NCBI GenBank assembly: GCA_030141605.1
Contig: JAQGDQ010000512.1
Span: forward strand, 94,929 to 158,928
Direction: 5' to 3'
From: Tubiluchus corallicola
Taxonomy: Eukaryota > Animalia > Priapulida
Length of the DNA stretch: 64,000 bases
Below the pieces are notes generated by a model that did not search any database, was not told where the DNA came from, and worked only from the letters and a program-made list of their open reading frames with translations. A program made the position numbers and the translations under genes. Each line of letters begins with the position of its first letter. Positions within the stretch are counted from its first letter, which is position 1. This document shows, in pieces, positions 53,038 to 64,000 of this stretch.

Positions 53038-53429
53038 TGTAACGGATCCGGATTCCAGCGTGGATCCGTCTCAGAATGTATACAGCAGCAATTTCGGATC
53101 CCACTTCTGACACCAGTGTAACGAATCCGGATCCGTCTTAGGATGTATAGAGCTGCATACAAGTTATGAAATACTTTACAGCAGACGAGAAAAGTAAAAA
53201 GAATACGAATGTAAAATAAACTTTAATGCATAAGCAGTAGCTCCATGACATGTGAACAGACTTTGGTATAAAAATCAGCAAACCTACAGCATTCACCTTT
53301 ACAGACAGAAAGGTCATCGTCAAATTACGGCGCGCATTCTGTTTTATACATGTACATTTGCATTACTGGGCTTCTCAACCATACCCACTACTAACATTAT
53401 GGGGTTAGTCGAAACCCGTCTTCGTAACA
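53038..53429 (-). mobile_element. Collapsed Gypsy-type LTR element (5' LTR 53429-53117, tRNA-Leu PBS 53115-53098, remnant of the 3' LTR end)
   Basis: TGTTAC...GTTACA-C-TGGTGTCAGAAGTGGGAT, followed by a second LTR end; 4-bp TSD ATAT next to (TA)n. Confidence 0.75.
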
Positions 53430-53954
53430 ATATACATAACAAAATAAGCAATTGGGTAAATATGTGACATTGACCTAAGTTCCGGGGATGACGGTGGTTT
53501 CACAATTGTTGTTGATGTTTGCACAATGCGTGCACAAATTATGCACAAATGCGTAACGTCTTGCGGCCCGTTTGTTTAGCACAAAAAGCACATTGAAATG
53601 ATCGCATGCTTAACTTGTCATTTCTTATAATGTAATTCTTGGGACAAAAGTGATTTCTGCTGCCTTCAAGGACCATTAAAGCCGTTTAGTTGCTCATAAC
53701 AAAAGCAATACGTTGAACAAATTCATATCTATGACTAGAACAAAATACTGCATCATTTACATTATATACATAAAATATTTATAATATACGTAGTATGTAC
53801 AGTTATAAAAGAATTATTCTTTGTGATTAGTGTTATTAATACCTTTTTACTAATAATACTTTATGATAAACATGTACTGTAAGTTCAAAACGATGCTTTA
53901 AATAAGGTAACATTGTGGTGTTTAAAAGTCTTACAAAATCACTTTTATGAAAAT

Positions 53955-54295
53955 TGGGGGTGAGCATTCTCTACCAGAAAGGGAATTCGAATCGAACCGA
54001 ACATCAGCGTTTCGAATTCGAACCGAATTTGAATTGACATATCATGCATATAACTAGATTTTGTTCTGCAATAAAACGACTAGTAATTTCTTTAAAATTG
54101 TGTGCAGAAATCACAGCTAAATCACGCTAATTGCATGATGTTTCGATCGTTTTAGTGATAAACAACATGTGCGATTGAAGTGCTGAATTATTCGAATCTA
54201 TAGTTTTGGATTCGAATCGAGTTCGACCTAAAAAATCGCGTTCGAATCGATTTCCAGCGTTCGAATTCGATTCGAACGTTCGATGCTCACCCCTA
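53955..54295 (-). mobile_element. hAT MITE family A flanked by an ~79-bp direct duplication
   Basis: TIRs present; 53876-53954 resembles 54296-54373. Confidence 0.85.
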
Positions 54296-54429
54296 ACTGT
54301 AAGTTCAAAACGATGGTAAAATAAAGTTACATCGTGGAGTTTAAATGCCTTGCAAAATCGCTTTTATGAAAATATGCAAATGGGGGTGAAAATGAAGCCC
54401 TGACGTTAAACTTGAAAAATGATAATTAA

Positions 54430-54589
54430 CCCTTTCAGTCCCAAATTATTTTTTTAAAAAGAAAAAAAATGGCTTGGTACTTTTGTTCAGTATGTCCATC
54501 TTGTTTACACATAATACTTATTTTTTCCTACCTGTGCCCGTGTGCTAAATATAGCCTGTATCCCACGGGATACATTGGACATGAAAGGG
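54430..54589. mobile_element. Short piggyBac-like MITE (deletion form of 6235-6689)
   Basis: TTAA|CCCTTTC...GAAAGGG|TTAA. Confidence 0.85.
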
Positions 54590-55206
54590 TTAAGCGAATC
54601 ATTTTCGTTTTGCAAAATCTTAAATAGCAGTTTATTCAGAATATGACTACTGTAGTCTTTTTGCAGTCAATGATGGCATTCATTGAAATATACCTCTGAA
54701 GTCTGAAGCTTATCACGTATTAATTTCCGTTATAAACTTGGATACATATATGCAACTTGGATTAATACATTCATTAATGAAACTTGGATTCACATATGCA
54801 TGGATATTAGAACCGTATTTTGGCACGTTGACATTGTTCTGGCCTATGAAATGATACTGTTGCAACCTATCAAACATATGTGTAGCTAAGAACAACGTAT
54901 GTTCGTTTATTCTCACTTGTAATTATTTTACGCTGTACTAGAACATGTTTTTCGTGTGACAATATTCATGAAACACTATAAATACCAGTTGATCATGCTG
55001 ATTCTTTTGATTTTGTGACGTTTGACTTGCAAAGCATCTAGCAAGTCTTGAAATCAACTTTTTCCAGTCTCTGTTTGCTGTTAGTACTTGGAGATCTCAA
55101 AATTTTATCACTTCACTATCAACTTCTTTGGTTTTATCACTCAGTTTTGTTAATTTATTATGTTCCATACATGAACATCATTGAGGATAATTGAAATTTT
55201 ACAGTA

Positions 55207-55708
55207 CAGTTAACCTCGGGTATAACGTACTCGCTTATAAGGGACGCTCGCTTATAAGGTACCACCAACACCGGTCCCGATTTTTCGTAAAGTTTGTCCT
55301 GTGTAAAAATCTTCGTATATAAGGTACTCGGATATAATCGAGTTTCGGTTATAAGGGACGATATCTTCAGATCCCGCGTAATAGAAACCCAGGTAAATTA
55401 CCTCGCATATAAAGGGCCCTATGATCGAAAGGAAATTGATCGATTTTTAGCCCCAATTTTTCGCAAACTCGGCTTTCGAACAGCTCGGTTTCCGCGGTCA
55501 CATACATCTCGCATCACTGAAGGAACTTCCTACATACCGTTTGCACTGATTGCGTAGCAATAATCCATAAAAATACGGGCAAAGGTACAAAAAACTACAG
55601 GTGTACATACACCCTCGGTTTGACTCAACTTAGGCTCTAAGGGACATCGGATATAAGGCACGGTTTTTCCCGATCATATATTATATCCCTTATATCCGAG
55701 GTTGACTG
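55207..55708 (+). mobile_element. Tc1/mariner-pogo-type MITE
   Basis: TA|CAGTTAACCTCGG...CCGAGGTTGACTG|TA. Confidence 0.9.
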
Positions 55709-56121
55709 TACTTTCAATTGTATGATTTTCTCAAAATGCAAGTGCCGCGATTACCATTTCTAACAGCTCAGAAAGCAGTTTTCTGAGGTCTCTACTCAGT
55801 GAGTTTTATGGCTGGTCTAATCTCAGCAGTCAGCTGCACCTTCTACCCCTTTCGCAACATGGTCTCTGGTTTGGTGGAGCCACTGATCGTCTCCGTTTCT
55901 TTCTTGGTCACACGAATCCAGTGATTGCAAAAAGATGTGTGAATTGTTTGGAACGTTCTGTAAGTTCTTGTGTAATAGAGGGCGCAGTTGTCGAAAGTTA
56001 CTGTGGTATTCCGGTGATACGGGAGTTTTTAGCCTCCATGCCAGAACCTCAGGGTATATACCAGAGTTTTTAGATTCGTCTGAGAGTATAATGGTAAATA
56101 ACTTATTCTTGGACTGCTTAA

Positions 56122-58036
<1,915 letters not shown>

Positions 58037-58554
58037 CTGTAACAGAAACATTTTGGTGACTTTGTTTAATTATTGAACTCGATTAACAATCTTGCTTGAT
58101 TTCATTCTAAAATAAAATAAGTTTTTTAATGTTTTTTCATGACTGGAGACAGAACGTGACAGGGAAGTTGCTTAACGGTTGGTCAGTGGAAACGATATCA
58201 AAGGGCTCGGGTTCGAAACGTCTGCGAGTCAAAAGATTTCGCATTTGCTTTTGCTTTCATAGAAAATCATTGTAATTTAAAGTTTTCAATCCACAGGTAT
58301 ACTGACTTCTACACCAGTAAGCTACCAGTGGCACCATCTTTAGTACGAAATAGAAACGGTTCCCCCGTTTCTTAAGCTATTGGCCTACGTTCATTACGTA
58401 GGCTAAGATCAGTACAATCCTGTACACACATTCTTGGTATAACTTTGATGTTTTGATCCAAAGCAAGCGTAGCTGATCAGAAGATAAACTTATGAAGAAT
58501 CTGCCTTAACAAAATAAGGCGTCTTCAACGTGGCCTTACTCACAGACTTGCCTA

Positions 58555-59115
<561 letters not shown>

Positions 59116-59439
59116 ATCACATGAACAGCTGTCGGCCGCAGTGACCTTCAAACCATTTCCTGAACTCTTAACGAATAGGCCTACAGCTCTGATAGGTGCA
59201 ACACAGCTGTGTGTACAATTAATGCTTTGCATGCAAATCGTTTATCAAACGCCTGGTAAATGTTTAATTTTACAGAAACACGCTGTTTGGAGTAACCGCG
59301 ATTTATTTTCACTCAACTTTGAATCCATTACGGTTTTTGTGGAAATATTTGTAACCACTGCATGTGATCTCCCAGTGCGCTAGATGTTTCCAACAATTTG
59401 CTATTAAAAAGGATTAAAACTATAATCATGTTGCAACAA

Positions 59440-60073
59440 AATATCCATCGCAAAGTTGTATTACTTAGAAAAAAGCTTACCTTTATGACATTAATAAGTT
59501 CCAAACTGCCATTTTCATGTACAAATTATCTCATAATTTATTGTCTCCCTTATTTACTGATTATTTTTGTTTGAATGCTGAGATACATAATTACGGCACA
59601 CGTTATAGGCTGCATTATCACTACATACAGTGCAACACTAATGTTAGAAAATTTTCTATTAAATACAGTGGCTCTTACATATGGAATTCAATTGCTCCAG
59701 CTATTAAAAATGCCAACTCGCTGTCCATATTTAAAAAAAATTATAAATGAAACTTTCTTGAAACATATAACTGATCACTCAATCATGATTTGTTGTTTTT
59801 CATTTTCAAAAACTTCCCCTCTAGTATAATAATATTTTTATTACTTCCCACCTGTATCCATATTTGTATATATTGTAATATTGTATCTGTATATATTGTA
59901 ATTTTTTCGTAACTAATTCTAGTGGCCTACCATAAGCTAGCTTCTTAGGTCTCTAGTGCAGAATTCATGAATTGTTTCATATTTTTGTATTAACAAAAAC
60001 TGATTATCGATGCACATGTAATGTATATGTTTATTGCGAAATAAATCCATTAAATCTAAATCTAAATCTAATC
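59440..60073 (+). mobile_element. CR1/L2-group LINE 3' fragment
   Basis: INKFQTAIFMYK..IHNYGTR..SIKYSGSYIWNSI resembles the ORF2 C-terminus at 1419-1700; (TAAATC)n tail. Confidence 0.8.
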
Positions 60074-61201
60074 ATGTACTTTGTGTATGTTACTTCAATG
60101 TATTTTGAAGTAACCAAAGATAAGGTTGCTTTCGGACATAAGATCTGTTCACATAGTAAGCCAATAAAGCTATTTTCACATAGGAGGTGTGTTCACATTG
60201 GGTAAGTAGTTACTTAACCAAAAATGTTCGCATATGCAATAAAATGAAAGACGTTTTTACAAAGTACATGCTGCTACTGTATGAACAATTTTGCGTTCAC
60301 ACGAAAAGTATGTTCAACACATTTTCCTTATAGTGGTAATACAGGGAAAATGTTATACAACTTTATACAGGCAAACAGGCACCAGTAGAACAAATTTTCT
60401 TTCATTGCATTTACATGGTCACCTAAAATTTGTTTACGTCAGTGAACACGTGATCAACAATATGTGATCCCGTGACGCAGAAAAACAATTTGTCAGTAAA
60501 AATGTAACTGTTACTCTTAAGATCTACTTAACGTTGATGATTATGGCGGCACCGGAACCTTTCCCCATTTAAGAATAATCTTCTGTGATCAGATATTGAA
60601 CCGACAGAGTGTTTTAGCCTTTTTAAAATTCGTGGTTTCGTATTAAATAGTTGAGGCAGCATTCTAGTTAAAGTTTCTCCTGTGTAAAGCAATTTCTCCT
60701 GTGGTCACGCATCTATTTACTAGCTTAATTTGGCGTTGCTAAACTTCACAGCCAACCACGCACTGTGACCAGTAATTATCGCCTTCTGCACGACGGGACC
60801 GAGCGGAAATCATTTCCATGGAGTTAAATAAAACACGTTGCACGAGGAGGAATTATGCTGCCCACGTTATCCGTTTAAAACGTAAAGTGAATTCCTATTT
60901 GAGGGCTTGTTGAGAAATTTAGAAGTGGAAATTCCTGAAGAAGCAGCCCTGGGGAAATCATGCGTGTATTTAGAACCTCAAAGTTGTTTAAATCGGCAGT
61001 GTTTTCTAGCTTTTTGCTGAAATTAGCGTTGATTTTTTGCAAATTAACTCTTTACTCTGTTTACAATGTAATATCCGGTTTTAACGCGCGGCAATGACTA
61101 TAATGACTATAAAAGCTCCGTTACTGACGGAATTTTGATCAACAATCTTTAGTCTTTTTAGCAATGCTTCTTCCGGGCATTCCATTCACAAAACCTGGGC
61201 C

Positions 61202-62025
61202 ATGGTGTGGTCAGGATGCAGTGAAAACAGTATACGTTTATTAGAAAATATTCAGCTAACTGTTGCTAGAATCTGTTCTGGCGCTATGTTTCGATCTTCC
61301 CCTGCAAGTATCTTGCCTGATAGCGGCTTCACTAAATTAGTGACGCGCTTCCATTATCATCGCCTATGTCTTTTTTTCAAAATAATCAATGACTTAGCGC
61401 CCCACTATTTAAGTGCAATTCTGCCGCCAAAGGTTAACGAAGTTACCCCCTATTATATACGCAGTGGTACTAAATACAGAAATTTTAATTGCCGTTCTGT
61501 TAGCTGTGAAAAATCGTTTTTCATATCGACCATTAACATGTGGAACAACTTACCACAGAACATTCGTGAAATTACATCCATTTCACACTTCAAACAAGAG
61601 CTCAAATCTCATTTAAGTTTTTCGTTGCATAAGAAAAAATTTTCATTTTGTAAACCTCCAATTTCAGTGCATCATACGTGCATGAGAATCGGATTTTCTC
61701 AGCTAAACTATGACCGTTTCTCTAAAGACTATACATTAACATTCGTACATTAATATTTTCTAACCGCCATTTTCTACTAAAGTCTAATGTCATCTTGTAA
61801 TAAAACTTGTCAGCTTGTGTAGTTATAGTCTATTCTTACTGTAAATGTTACTAATGTCTAATGTAATCTTGTAGTAAAACTTGTCAGCTTGTGTAGTTAT
61901 AGTCTATTCTTACTGTAAATGTTTTTGTAAATAGTGTATAAAGTCTGTTGTGGTGAGGATCCTAAATCACATTGTTCAAACTGTCTGAACCAATCCTATA
62001 ATAAATTATGTTTAAACTGAATCTG
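61202..62025 (+). mobile_element. CR1-like LINE 3' fragment
   Basis: VWSGC..LENIQ...RLCLFFKII..APHYL..SFF..TINMWNNLP is typical of an ORF2 C-terminus; the 3' end is shared with ~6150-6750. Confidence 0.8.
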
Positions 62026-62064
62026 AGCCTCGCAGATACGTCAGTCCAACAAAGACAACTATAC

Positions 62065-62120
62065 CGAGTTACTGTGAATAAGGTCCTCAATAGTCTCCTC
62101 TGTCCATGCAGCTCTTTCTC
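62065..62120 (-). CDS. Possible small upstream TMEM26 exon ((G)ERAAWTEETIEDLIHSNS)
   Basis: TTGTAG acceptor and G|GTATAG donor; ends in phase 0, compatible with the exon at 58036. No motif support. Confidence 0.25.
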
Positions 62121-62175
62121 CTACAACTGATTCATGTGACAAATGTCAGCTAGCATCTACGCTAGATTCGTATTA

Positions 62176-62656
62176 CAGTCAACCGCGGATATAAGGGACA
62201 CCTCCGAACCGGAAAAAACATCCCTTATATCAGACGTCCCCTATAGCCGAAGTTGAGTCAGACCGAGGGTGTATCTAGACCTGTGCTTTTCTGTACTTTT
62301 ACCCATATTTTTATGGATTATTGCTACACATTCAGTGCAAACAGTATGTAGGAAGCTCCTTCAGTGATGCGAGACGTATGTGACCACGGAAACCGAGCTG
62401 TTCGAAGGCAGAGTTTGAGAAAAATTGAGGTTAAAAATCAATCAATTTCACTTTAATCATAAGGTCCCTTATATGCGAGGTAATTTATCTGGGTTTCTAT
62501 TACGCGGGACCTGAAGATATCGTCCCTTATAATAAAAAGTCCCTTATATCCAAGTACCTTATATGTGAAGATTTTTACATAGAACAGAGTTACGAAAAAT
62601 CGGGACCGGTGTTGGTGGTCCCTTATAAGCGAGTACCTTATACCCGAGGTTGACAG
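62176..62656 (-). mobile_element. Tc1/mariner-pogo-type MITE
   Basis: Reverse-complement copy of 55207-55708. Confidence 0.85.
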
Positions 62657-63591
62657 TGGCTCAGTGGGTAAGGCAACCGCTTGACGTTCACTGGATCGTG
62701 GTTCAATCCTGTGACTCTGTCATAACAAATACTTTAAAAACCTGCATTTATTTATACCATTAATCGTACTTGTTTGTGGTACAATAAATACAAAGAAAAA
62801 CAACAAATTTTAAGAATTATAATAAATTAGTTCAAGCCACTGAAGGCATCACAAACTAACATAATTTTCAACAGCACAAGCATTCCATGACCGTGTTGCA
62901 CGTGTTTGCGAAAGCTGCACAACATTCAATGTGACAGACAAAAATTCGGTATATTTTAAGTTTAAAATTCAAATTTCAACTTTAACGTGCTCACGCATGA
63001 GCTCTTAAACGTGCGCACTACGCCACAACTGAACAACTTTGAACTGAGCGGTACAGCACCTGATTTTTGTGCACAACGTTTTCGAGATTCAGGTGCTAAA
63101 ACCCGTCTAATGGCGAAATACGCGTAACAGTAAAGAACTAGCCGCGCGCATGCGCAAGAAACGTTTCTGTGAGATTAATCTGAGGAGCATCACATGTGAT
63201 TTCATATGTGAGAACACTCGAAATGCAGTGCATCCCTTTCCGCGTGACTCGAACCTAAAGCTGTGTTCCGGGATATTGGAAGGGATGAAGTAATTCGCAT
63301 CCTCTACCGATGTGGATAATTATCCCCGTCTTCAAAGCGTTTGTTCACTTCGAGAGCTTCTCATTCGCGCGATTCAAAATGGCCTCTGCTAATCAAAGGG
63401 GCATTGTTAAGCAATAGAAAGTGTCCAGTTGATCGGTGTGACATGCAATACATTAATCTAATTTTTCCCGTAAATCTTCCGGAAATCGAGGATTGGTTTC
63501 TTCCACGAATTCGAGATTTGAGTGTCAATAACTAAATTGACTGAGCTCGATAGTGTTGCGCAAAATTAAGGGAAGACGGGATGATTTTTCA

Positions 63592-64000
<409 letters not shown>

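Noticed and set aside
62657-62715. tRNA gene (A box TGGCTCAGTGGG, B box GGTTCAATCC)
   Set aside because: No convincing cloverleaf or acceptor stem and truncated by a MITE; more likely a SINE head.
60720-63580. Possible conserved non-coding enhancers at ~60720-61020 and ~63130-63580
   Set aside because: Only a compositional impression; cannot be supported without cross-species alignment.

Overview
This is AT-rich, intron-containing eukaryotic DNA from a metazoan invertebrate; the taxon cannot be fixed from sequence alone. Six protein-coding loci were reconstructed by hand from GT-AG junctions and reading-frame phase. They are: the 5' end of PPCDC (- strand, absent from the ORF track); ATP6V0B (+, 4 exons, head-to-head with PPCDC); MRPS22 (-, 7 exons); two tandem IPPK paralogues (+, 2 coding exons each); and the 3' part of TMEM26 (-). 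A young, nearly intact CR1/L2-group LINE sits in ATP6V0B intron 1. The rest is dense with hAT, Tc1/mariner-pogo, piggyBac-like and Kolobok-like MITEs, solo LTRs, a collapsed Gypsy element, SINEs, minisatellites and microsatellites. Four observations stand out. (1) A 116-bp array in MRPS22 amplifies the exon-5 3' end and its splice donor 19 extra times as potential in-frame 42-nt cassettes. (2) A TG..CA foldback element with a 5-bp TSD contains a reverse-transcribed, CCA-ended tRNA-Leu half. (3) The second IPPK paralogue is intact but has Asn in place of a conserved active-site Asp, and shares an apparent gene-conversion tract with the first. (4) One MRPS22 intron is filled with an inverted minisatellite array. 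No CRISPR, rRNA or complete tRNA gene is supported. All identifications come from motif recognition, not database searches.
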